Assembly: GCA_005223145.1 (NCBI GenBank)
Contig: NJBL01000002.1
Location: 3,541-67,540 of the forward strand
Source of the DNA: a bacterium (candidate division B38) B3_B38
GTDB taxonomy: Bacteria; Acidobacteriota; B3-B38; Guanabaribacteriales; B3-B38
Length of the DNA stretch: 64,000 bases
Reading direction: 5' to 3'
Every line of letters starts with the position of its first letter. The first letter of the stretch is position 1. The notes beneath the pieces were generated by a model. That model worked only from the letters and a program-made list of their open reading frames with translations. It did no database searches and had not been told where the DNA came from. Made by a program: the position numbers and the translations under genes. Below, in pieces: positions 56,439-64,000 of this stretch.

Positions 56439-57046
56439 TTTCTATTTATCCAGGTTATATATTCCGGGAAATGGCGTTCAATCTGCTCTCGCAAGAACTT
56501 CTTAGCCAGCCAAAGGTTATTCCTTATGGTCGATTGTGTTGCTCTCATAATCTTCGCTATCTCCCGGATAGAAAAGCCATGGATCTCCTTGAGCACAAAA
56601 GCCGCCCGCTGCTTGGGAGGAAGACGGGAGGCGAGACAATTGAAAATCGCCTGCAGCTCCTTGATGAGAAGCTTCTTCTCGGCATCCGGCTGGATGGAGG
56701 GAAGCTCCTCAGCCATCCCCTCCACCGCAGATACCCCACCCGCACCTCTCTTCTTATTGCGAAGATAATCGATGCTCCCATTCACCACCATCCTGTAAAG
56801 CCAGGTATTAAATTTTCTCCCCCGCTGAAACCTCCCTATGCGCTGCCACAGCTTGATAAAAGTTTCCTGGGTAATATCCAGAGCACCATCTTCATCGCCG
56901 GTTATCTGATATGCAATCCAGAATATCCGCTGTCGCTTCCGCTCTACCAGCTCTTCAAACGCTTGCCAATCCCCTCTTTGGCACCTCTTGATGAGAAGCT
57001 CTTCCTCCTCGCTACTGACTTCCCAGCGCTTGTCAGGCTTATCCAC
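56435..57046 (-). CDS. ECF-subfamily RNA polymerase sigma-70 factor
   Basis: Region 2 (FEELVERKRQRIFWIAYQITGDEDGALDITQETFIKLW) and region 4 (FSIREIAKIMRATQSTIRNNLWLAKK). Confidence 0.8.
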   Translation of the reverse strand: MDKPDKRWEVSSEEEELLIKRCQRGDWQAFEELVERKRQRIFWIAYQITGDEDGALDITQETFIKLWQRIGRFQRGRKFNTWLYRMVVNGSIDYLRNKKRGAGGVSAVEGMAEELPSIQPDAEKKLLIKELQAIFNCLASRLPPKQRAAFVLKEIHGFSIREIAKIMRATQSTIRNNLWLAKKFLREQIERHFPEYITWINRK

Positions 57047-57077
57047 TAAGCTTCACCTTTATATACGCAAAAAGTTG

Positions 57078-57107
57078 CTGAAGTATCTAAAAAATTCTTA
57101 AGTTGCC
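57078..57107 (-). promoter_or_regulatory. candidate ECF-type promoter (GGCAACTT-N16-CTTCAG) upstream of the ECF sigma gene
   Basis: Minus-strand reading is tGGCAACTTaagaattttttagatacTTCAGCAACTTtt. It resembles sigma-E-type GGAACTT-N16-TCnAA elements and lies about 30 nt upstream of the sigma start. The GCAACTT half-site is duplicated. Confidence 0.3.
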
Positions 57108-57298
57108 AAAATATAGCACATACCACAGGCTTCGTCAACATCCCTCTCTTTGAATTGTAATACATAATTGGAGGGAATTTAACTATTTTAGTATTGTTAG
57201 ATAATATCCCTTATGATAAGATAAAAAACATTAATTATAAGAAAGACCGCTAAATGAATAAGATGGGTCAACCCTGGTAGTCGGAAAGGTTAATTACT

Positions 57299-59137
57299 AT
57301 GAAAGAAAATATCCTGAATAGATTGGAAAAAGAAGTTCTCCTGTGCGATGGGGCGATGGGGACCCTGCTAAACTCAAAAGGAGTCCCCTATGATAAATGC
57401 CGAGAGGAACAGAACCTGGTCAACCCCGAGTTAGTCCGCACCATTCATCAGGAGTATATTGATGCCGGCGCTCAGATAATAGAGACCAACACCTTCAGAG
57501 CTAATCGGATAAAGCTCCGCGCCTTCGGCTTAGAAGATATGATTGAGGAGATAAACAAAGCGGCAGTAACAATCGCCAGGGAAGCTGCCGGGAAGGAGGT
57601 TTATGTAGCCGGCTCGGTAGGTCCATTGGGAGTGTTAGCCAAGCCCTATGGGCACCTCACCGTGGAGGAGATCAGTCAGCTCTTTCAAGAGCAGATAAGC
57701 TATCTGGTGGAAGCAGGAGTTGACCTTCTGATGATTGAGACCATCTCCAGCCTTCTGGAAGCGGTAGAGGCAATAAGCGCAGCCAAAAAGGTCTCCCCCA
57801 CCGCCCCGGTGGTATGTATGATGAGTTTTCTGGAGGATGGGAAGACCAAATTCGGGGACGAGATGATTAACTCCCTGAATAAAGTCAAGGAGGCTGGCGC
57901 AGATATAGTGGGAGTCAACTGCACCATAGGCCCCAAAGAGACCTATGACTTAGCCCGTATTTTTATCCCCCAGGTGGATGCCAAAATCTCCATAATGCCC
58001 AATGCCGGCTACCCCACCATAGTTCAGGGAAAGACTATTTTCCTCTCCTCCCCCGAATATCTCAAAGAATACGCCTCTCTCTTCGTTGAGTTAGGTGCCA
58101 ATATAGTTGGGAGCTGCTGTGGGACCACCCCCGAGCACACCCGCGCCATGGCTCCCCAGGTGCGGGGTAAAAGACCCGCTCGGGGAGTCTCCACAAGTCC
58201 TACCATAACCCCTGTCGAGGGAGCAGCGGAAATTTCTAAAGTTGCAGTAGCAGTGGAGGCAAGGAGATTTACTGAAAAGCTGATTCAGGGGAAGTTTGCC
58301 ATCACCGTGGAGGTCGACCCTCCCAAAGGCTCCGACTACAATAAGATGCTGGAAGGAGCGGAAATGTTGAAATCCCTTGGTGTTGATGCTCTCAATATAT
58401 CCGACAACCCTATGGCTCGGGTGAGAATGAGCTCGATTGCCTTAGCCCATCTTCTTCAGGAGGAGGTGGGTATGCAGACCATCCTCCACTTCACCTGCCG
58501 CGATAGGAACCTCCTGGGGCTGCAATCGGAGCTTATAGGCGCCTCCGCTCTGGGGATTACCGCTATTCTCGCCCTGACCGGTGACCCCTCATCAATCGGC
58601 GACTTCCCCAAAGCGACCTCTGTGTTCGATGTCGACTCCATCGGTTTAGTCAAGATAATAAAAGGTCTTAATAACGGAAAAGACCTGGCAAATAATCCCA
58701 TTGGTCGCCCCACCTATTTCAAGATAGGGGTAGCGGTGAAGCCGGCAGCCGAGGGGCTTGAGCTGGAAATTCAGCGTCTGGAGGAAAAGGTAAAATCCGG
58801 GGCTGATTTCGCCCAAAGCCAACCGATTTACGATATCGAGGTGGTAGAGCACTTCCGAAAAAAGACCGCCCACCTGCGCCTCCCATTGCTGGTGGGCATC
58901 CTCCCCTTGCGCTCCTATCGCCATGCCCAATTTCTCCATAACGAGGTCCCCGGCATCACCATCCCCAAAAATATATTGAAAAGGATGCAGAAATCGACCC
59001 CCGAAGAGGAGATGCGAGAGGGACTGAAGATTGCGTGCGAGTTCGTCCGTCAGGTCAAAGGACTGATCGATGGGTTTTTGTTCATCCCACCCTTTGATAA
59101 GTATCATCTGGTCGAAGAGATGATAAGAGCGCTCTGA
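57299..59137 (+). CDS. yitJ: bifunctional homocysteine S-methyltransferase / 5,10-methylenetetrahydrofolate reductase (YitJ-like fusion)
   Basis: N-terminal Hcy-binding domain (LLCDGAMGT...GVNCTIGP...CCGTTPEH). C-terminal MTHFR domain (AITVEVDPPKG...HFTCRDRN...LALTGDP). Confidence 0.8.
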   Translation: MKENILNRLEKEVLLCDGAMGTLLNSKGVPYDKCREEQNLVNPELVRTIHQEYIDAGAQIIETNTFRANRIKLRAFGLEDMIEEINKAAVTIAREAAGKEVYVAGSVGPLGVLAKPYGHLTVEEISQLFQEQISYLVEAGVDLLMIETISSLLEAVEAISAAKKVSPTAPVVCMMSFLEDGKTKFGDEMINSLNKVKEAGADIVGVNCTIGPKETYDLARIFIPQVDAKISIMPNAGYPTIVQGKTIFLSSPEYLKEYASLFVELGANIVGSCCGTTPEHTRAMAPQVRGKRPARGVSTSPTITPVEGAAEISKVAVAVEARRFTEKLIQGKFAITVEVDPPKGSDYNKMLEGAEMLKSLGVDALNISDNPMARVRMSSIALAHLLQEEVGMQTILHFTCRDRNLLGLQSELIGASALGITAILALTGDPSSIGDFPKATSVFDVDSIGLVKIIKGLNNGKDLANNPIGRPTYFKIGVAVKPAAEGLELEIQRLEEKVKSGADFAQSQPIYDIEVVEHFRKKTAHLRLPLLVGILPLRSYRHAQFLHNEVPGITIPKNILKRMQKSTPEEEMREGLKIACEFVRQVKGLIDGFLFIPPFDKYHLVEEMIRAL

Positions 59138-59241
59138 GGCAGATGAACAACCTTTTCTTATAGACACATTTAACATTTTGCCTTCAGAGCTTAGGAGGGA
59201 CGCCAGACATCTTCAGCAAAGACCGGAAGAGGAAGCTTCCT

Positions 59242-60540
59242 ATGAAAACTATTAGATGGGTAGCGCTTATCTGCCTGCTCCTGCTTTGGATATTATGTTC
59301 GTCGTCGCCTATATGCTCTTATAGTAGCCCTGCTGAAAGGAAAATAGAGCAATCCAACCGCGTACCCGTTGACAAAGAGCTGTATCTTTTTATCCTCAAT
59401 CCCCAGATGCAAATGCCGGTGGGTGCAGTTGACCTGACCACCCTCCACCAGATAAGCTACCGCTACGAGAGCCGACTGTTTAACCTTTTGCCCATTAAGG
59501 AGAAAAACCTTGCCGGAAAGCTCTGGGGTGTCTCTGTCCGCCTGGGAAAAAGCATCCTTATAGACCTGCCTGTGGCCAGGTGGCTTGCCGTGGTGCAGCA
59601 CGAGGTCTTCGGGCATGGAGCCCGGGTGAGGGAGTTTAGAGGGAAAGCCTCCTATACCCTTTACCACCCCTGGAGCAGCAAGAGGGCCTTCACCAGCTTC
59701 CGCCTGCAGGATATCACCATCAGCGACCTCATCCAGTTCACCGGAGGGGGAATAGAGAGCAATCAGGTAATGGCATGGGAGATGGAGCGGCGTATGTATG
59801 GAGACTACCCCCTCCACTGCTATGACTGGCTATCCTTTGCCATAAATAAATATGTAGTGAACAACTACATATACCACACTCCTGATCCTCGACTTTACCC
59901 CCAGGTTTTTAACGAGGAATACAAAGAAGGGGGTGATATAGCCCACTTCCTGGGAGAGATGAACTATAAATATCACGGGCGTTACGGGATCTTCCCTGAG
60001 GAAGTAGACCCGCTGGTGGCTGATAACTATCGAAAAATCAAACGAGAAGCAATCTGGAATCTCCTCGACCCCGCCCTATGGCTGGGGATATACTATTACG
60101 GCAGATATATTCTCACCGGAAAGGAGAGGTTTACCCTCCCTATGCTCCCCCTGTGGGGTATGCGGCTAATGGGAGGCACTCGTTACAACCTCACCCCTAT
60201 TGGAGGGGAAAGATACCTCGACATATACATTAAAAAAGGAGGGCATCACTTCAACTTTTATCTCCGAAGGGGGTCCTTTGAGGGAATGAGCTGGTATGGG
60301 TGGGGATGTGGGGCTGACAGATTGTGGAGATATGATAACTCTCATCTGGGATTGAGGTTTGATTGGTGGAACCAGTTAGAGACCGGCGGAGGAGGTAATC
60401 TGGAAGGAGAGCTTCATCACTATATAACCCCTGATGTCGGCATCACATTACAGGGGGGTTACAAAACCCAGGGTTACCTAATGGGTAAGGCTGCCGATTC
60501 CGGGTTTTACACCTTTTTTGGTGCCCTGGTCAGATTTTAA
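59242..60540 (+). CDS. secreted hypothetical protein, outer-membrane beta-barrel-like, with HEVFGH motif
   Basis: Signal peptide. Tyr/Trp/Gly-rich. C-terminal ...FFGALVRF ends in Phe as outer-membrane proteins do. VQHEVFGHGARV is a possible metal site. Confidence 0.4.
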   Translation: MKTIRWVALICLLLLWILCSSSPICSYSSPAERKIEQSNRVPVDKELYLFILNPQMQMPVGAVDLTTLHQISYRYESRLFNLLPIKEKNLAGKLWGVSVRLGKSILIDLPVARWLAVVQHEVFGHGARVREFRGKASYTLYHPWSSKRAFTSFRLQDITISDLIQFTGGGIESNQVMAWEMERRMYGDYPLHCYDWLSFAINKYVVNNYIYHTPDPRLYPQVFNEEYKEGGDIAHFLGEMNYKYHGRYGIFPEEVDPLVADNYRKIKREAIWNLLDPALWLGIYYYGRYILTGKERFTLPMLPLWGMRLMGGTRYNLTPIGGERYLDIYIKKGGHHFNFYLRRGSFEGMSWYGWGCGADRLWRYDNSHLGLRFDWWNQLETGGGGNLEGELHHYITPDVGITLQGGYKTQGYLMGKAADSGFYTFFGALVRF

Positions 60541-60557
60541 AGAGGGGGCTCACTGAT

Positions 60558-62993
60558 ATGAAGAGGGATGAGTTCTTAGCCCGTCTGCAAGAGGAGATAT
60601 TGGTGCTTGACGGAGCGATGGGAACCTTGCTGCAAAGCAGAGGACTCCTCCCCCCTGACCAGTTACCTGAAGCCCTTAATCTCCATCATCCCGAGGTGAT
60701 AGAAAAAATCCACCAGGAATATGTAGCCTCCGGAGCCAACATCATCATCGCCAACACCTTCGGTGCCAACCGTCTACGGCTGACCGAATACCATTTGCAC
60801 GACCGCCTTGAAGAAGTCAATCGCCAGGGTGTGCTCCTCGCCCGCCGAGCAGCCGGGAGAAGTTCTCTGGTGGCTGGCTGCATAGGTCCTACGGGCAAAT
60901 TCCTGAAGCCCATCGGCGAGCTGGAATTCGACCATGCCCTCCAAATCTTCAAGGAACAAATAACCTTTCTCCTGCAGGAGGAGCCCGACCTTTTAGTGAT
61001 AGAGACCATGTCGGATATCCGGGAGATAAAAGCAGCTCTTATTGCCTGCCGGGAACTCACCAGCCTCCCTGTCATCGCCAATATGACCTTCGCTGAAGAC
61101 GGACGCACAGTGACCGGGACCGACCCCCTCACCGCCTTGACCGTCTGCCAGGCTCTGGGAGCTGATGCCGTAGGGGCTAACTGCAGCACCGGTCCTTCGG
61201 ATTTAATAGAGGTCATGAGGATAATGGCTTCTGCTACCGACCTCCCCCTGTCGGTGGAGCCCAACGCTGGCATGCCTGAGCTGGTAGAAGAAAAAGTCGT
61301 TTACCGCCTCACCCCTGGCCAGATGGAAGAATATGCTGAAAAGTTCGCCCTGATGGGAGTTAACATCATCGGCGGCTGCTGCGGGAGCACCCCAGCGCAC
61401 ACCCGAAGAATTAGTGAAATGGTAAAGAGGCTAAAGCCGATCAAGAGGGAACCGAGGTCTGTCTTAAGGCTATCCAGCAGGACTCGGACAGTGGAAATAG
61501 ACCGCAGCCTCCCCTTGCGCACCATCGGGGAAAGAATTAATCCCAGCGGTCGCCCCAGGCTCACTGCCGCGCTTAAGTCTCGGCAATACAACCTGGTCAG
61601 GGAAGAGGCGCTCAAGCAGATGAACGCCGGAGCTAACATCCTCGACCTGAATGTAGGGGCGGAGGGGGTGGACGAGAAGAAAGCCCTGACGGAGGCGGTG
61701 AAGGTAGTCCAGCAGGCGGTCCCTTTACCCCTCTCACTGGATACCATAGACGCCGAGGCGCTGGAATGCGCCCTAAAAGAGGTGGAGGGGAAATGCCTCA
61801 TAAACTCGGTCACCGGCGAAGAGGAGAAGCTGCAGCGAATCCTTCCCTTGGCCAAGAGATACGGGGCGGCGATAGTGGGGCTCACTATAGACGAGAAGGG
61901 CATCCCGGAGAAAGCCGAAGATAGGCTGAGAATCGCAGAGAAGATAATCAAAAGTGCAGCAGACTTCGGCATCTCCCGAGACGATGTTCTCATTGACTGC
62001 CTGACCCTCTCAGCAGCCACTAATCCCGAAGGAAGCCTGGAGACACTTCGAGCCCTCCGGCTGGTAAAGGAGAAACTCGGGGCGAGAACCATACTTGGAA
62101 TAAGCAACATCTCCTATGGTTTGCCCGCCCGCTCGGTACTCAACGCCACCTTTCTCTCTATGGCTTTGGCGGCGGGCTTGGAACTCCCCATCATAAATCC
62201 CTATGACCCTTCGATTAAACAAGCCCTGGATGCCGCTAATCTCCTGATGGATAGGGACAGAGGAGGGGTTCAATTTATCCAGACCTATGGTGTCAAATTG
62301 GAAGAAGCCCCTCCCGCCGAACTACCAATCCCAGAGAAAAAGCCCATAGGAGAGGAGATGTATCATGCAGTCCTCACCGGCAATCGGGAATCCATTGAAG
62401 GGCTTGTAGAGGAGGCTTTACAAAGTGGGATAGCTCCTTTAGAGATTACCAACCGGTATCTGATAGCTGCAGTGCAAGAGGTGGGCCAGCTATTTGAAGC
62501 CAAACGATACTTCCTCCCGCAGGTTCTCCTTTCCGCCGAAACCATGCGCCTTGCCTTTCAAAAGATAAAGGCAGCCTTATCAAAAAAGGAATCCCTTCCC
62601 CAGAAAGGGACCATCGTCTTTGCTACGGTTAAAGGAGATATCCATGACATCGGAAAAAACATAGTGTCCACCCTGCTGGAGAGCAGCGGCTATCGGGTAA
62701 TAGACCTGGGCAAGGATGTGGAGAGGGAGAAAATCATCGCCGCCGCCAGGGAGAGCCGGGCAGATATTATCGCTCTCAGCGCGCTGATGACTACCACCAT
62801 GCTGGAGATGCCCAGAGTGATTGAGGCTGCTCACAAGAGCCACTGCCACAGCCTTATCATAGTAGGCGGTGCGGTAATAACCTCCGACTATGCCGAGAAA
62901 ATCAAAGCTGACGGCTACGCCAAAGATGCCATCCAGGCGGTAAAGCTGGTGGAAAGGTTAATCAAAAAAAGAACCAAGCCCAACTCCGTCTAA
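60558..62993 (+). CDS. metH: cobalamin-dependent methionine synthase, short form lacking the AdoMet reactivation domain
   Basis: Hcy domain (LVLDGAMGT, GANCSTGP, CCGSTPAH). Pterin-binding domain (ERINPSGRPRL...LDLNVG). B12 cap and B12-binding DxHxxG (GDIHDIGKN). Ends at 811 aa. Confidence 0.85.
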   Translation: MKRDEFLARLQEEILVLDGAMGTLLQSRGLLPPDQLPEALNLHHPEVIEKIHQEYVASGANIIIANTFGANRLRLTEYHLHDRLEEVNRQGVLLARRAAGRSSLVAGCIGPTGKFLKPIGELEFDHALQIFKEQITFLLQEEPDLLVIETMSDIREIKAALIACRELTSLPVIANMTFAEDGRTVTGTDPLTALTVCQALGADAVGANCSTGPSDLIEVMRIMASATDLPLSVEPNAGMPELVEEKVVYRLTPGQMEEYAEKFALMGVNIIGGCCGSTPAHTRRISEMVKRLKPIKREPRSVLRLSSRTRTVEIDRSLPLRTIGERINPSGRPRLTAALKSRQYNLVREEALKQMNAGANILDLNVGAEGVDEKKALTEAVKVVQQAVPLPLSLDTIDAEALECALKEVEGKCLINSVTGEEEKLQRILPLAKRYGAAIVGLTIDEKGIPEKAEDRLRIAEKIIKSAADFGISRDDVLIDCLTLSAATNPEGSLETLRALRLVKEKLGARTILGISNISYGLPARSVLNATFLSMALAAGLELPIINPYDPSIKQALDAANLLMDRDRGGVQFIQTYGVKLEEAPPAELPIPEKKPIGEEMYHAVLTGNRESIEGLVEEALQSGIAPLEITNRYLIAAVQEVGQLFEAKRYFLPQVLLSAETMRLAFQKIKAALSKKESLPQKGTIVFATVKGDIHDIGKNIVSTLLESSGYRVIDLGKDVEREKIIAAARESRADIIALSALMTTTMLEMPRVIEAAHKSHCHSLIIVGGAVITSDYAEKIKADGYAKDAIQAVKLVERLIKKRTKPNSV

Positions 62994-63001
62994 GCTCCCT
63001 T

Positions 63002-64000
63002 TCATCCCCTCAATACATCGATTAAGTGCTTCGCCTTAACCGGGAGCTTCTTTAGTTGAATACCCTGACGGAAATAAATGAGACACCCGGGGCAGGCGGT
63101 AACTACAGTATTTGCCCCTGAGCTCTCGATATTTTTCATCTTCCTCTTGTTAATGGCAGAGGCGGTCTGGCTGTGGAAGAAGCTGTACAGACCTCCAAAG
63201 CCGCAGCACAAATCAGCCTCGTCCATCTCCACAAACTTCCCATCCGCTATCATCTTCAGCAGCTTACGCGGCTCCTGATCAACCCCCTGGATATGCTTGA
63301 GATGGCAGGGGTCGTGATAGGTCAGAATGCCATCGGTAAATTTTGGAAAAGAGAAGAGCTCTTTATGACGCCATAAAAACTGGGAGATGTCCAAAACTTC
63401 TATCCTCTCCCCCCTCTTGTTTACAAGCTCATAATACCCCTTCAATGCCTCCCCGCAGGTAGGGCAGGCGGTGACTAACACCTGTATATCCAGCCCCCGG
63501 AAGGCTTCCAGGTTCTTCTGGTTCAATTTGTTAGCCAGCTCGGTCTGTCCGCTTAAAAACGCCGGCAGCCCGCAGCACCCCTGCTCTGCCGGCAGCACCA
63601 CCGAGACTCCATTCTTGGTCAGCACTTCCAGCAAGCTGGTGCCAATTTCAGGCAGGACAAAATTTATTAAACAGCCGACAAAGAAGCCGACCCTCATCCT
63701 CTCCCTGGAGGCTTTGTGGGTTGAGGAATATTTGGGGAGGAAAAACTCCCTGGCGATGGGTGGGAACGCCACTCCCCGATTGAGCAGCGGAATGGGATAG
63801 CGGAGCCTCAAACCTCTCTCTTTGGGAATTCTCCTCAGAAGAAATTTCTGAAGCCAGCTCCCCAGCTTGAAGGCAAAGTAAAGCCGCTTGCGGGGATAGA
63901 AGAGCTCCATAATTAGTTTGCGGGAGAGGGGCATACCTAAAAACCTCGCCAGCTCAGACCTTCCAGAGCGAATGAGCTTGACTACTTCCACCAGGTTGGG
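63002..64000 (-). CDS. CCG-domain Fe-S protein (HdrB/GlcF/LutA-like), N-terminus beyond window end
   Basis: Two Cys-rich CCG motifs (GCCGLPAF...CPTCGE and LCCGFGGLYSF...CPGC). The frame remains open through nt 64000. Confidence 0.6.
   Translation of the reverse strand, partial: PNLVEVVKLIRSGRSELARFLGMPLSRKLIMELFYPRKRLYFAFKLGSWLQKFLLRRIPKERGLRLRYPIPLLNRGVAFPPIAREFFLPKYSSTHKASRERMRVGFFVGCLINFVLPEIGTSLLEVLTKNGVSVVLPAEQGCCGLPAFLSGQTELANKLNQKNLEAFRGLDIQVLVTACPTCGEALKGYYELVNKRGERIEVLDISQFLWRHKELFSFPKFTDGILTYHDPCHLKHIQGVDQEPRKLLKMIADGKFVEMDEADLCCGFGGLYSFFHSQTASAINKRKMKNIESSGANTVVTACPGCLIYFRQGIQLKKLPVKAKHLIDVLRG

Noticed and set aside
57047-57298. SAM-I (S-box) riboswitch upstream of the yitJ-like gene
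   Set aside because: GGAGGGA and CUUAUGAUAAG-like fragments are present but in the wrong order. The GGCCC and CCGGCAACC elements are missing. I am not confident without a covariance-model scan.
61301-62110. 269-aa minus-strand ORF
   Set aside because: Antisense shadow of metH; Ser/Arg-rich.
1-64000. Transposase, integrase or prophage genes
   Set aside because: No DDE, tyrosine or serine recombinase or phage structural motifs were recognised in any ORF. The only mobile-like signal is the low-GC ATPase island.

Overview
This 64 kb window is a densely coding contig of about 50% GC with no rRNA, tRNA, CRISPR or recognisable transposase or integrase. From the gene content it looks like a bacterial contig, probably from an uncultivated anaerobic protein or amino-acid fermenter; the phylum cannot be called from sequence alone. 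The main blocks are as follows. (1) The 3' end of a CCA-adding enzyme gene, then a membrane-anchored lipase-like hydrolase. (2) An island of five predicted secreted peptidases (M20, two S9, M28, M1-like) at about 4.2-13.7 kb. (3) Scattered metabolic and transport genes: kynureninase-like, an alkaline-phosphatase-superfamily phosphodiesterase, a NhaC antiporter, the TldD/PmbA protease pair, LarE, thioredoxin reductase (TrxB) and dCTP deaminase (Dcd). (4) A small low-GC island (about 32.35-33.9 kb) carrying a COG1373-type AAA+ ATPase with a damaged start codon. (5) A truncated lon remnant next to a long same-strand array nifS-nifU-porGDAB-fmdB-thiC-rrf2 (36.4-43.5 kb). (6) A 12 kb same-strand type IV pilus / type II secretion-like locus (45.2-57.0 kb) headed by an ECF sigma and anti-sigma pair. 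It contains an unusual secretin with a lipoprotein/TPR N-terminus and a cohesin-like C-terminal domain, and a stand-alone Secretin_N protein. (7) A methionine module: a yitJ-like homocysteine methyltransferase/MTHFR fusion, an outer-membrane-like hypothetical, and a short-form metH. All calls are from motif-level reading of the supplied translations, with no database searches. Coordinates taken from the printed sequence rather than the ORF track may be off by one, because at least one printed line is not 60 nt long.
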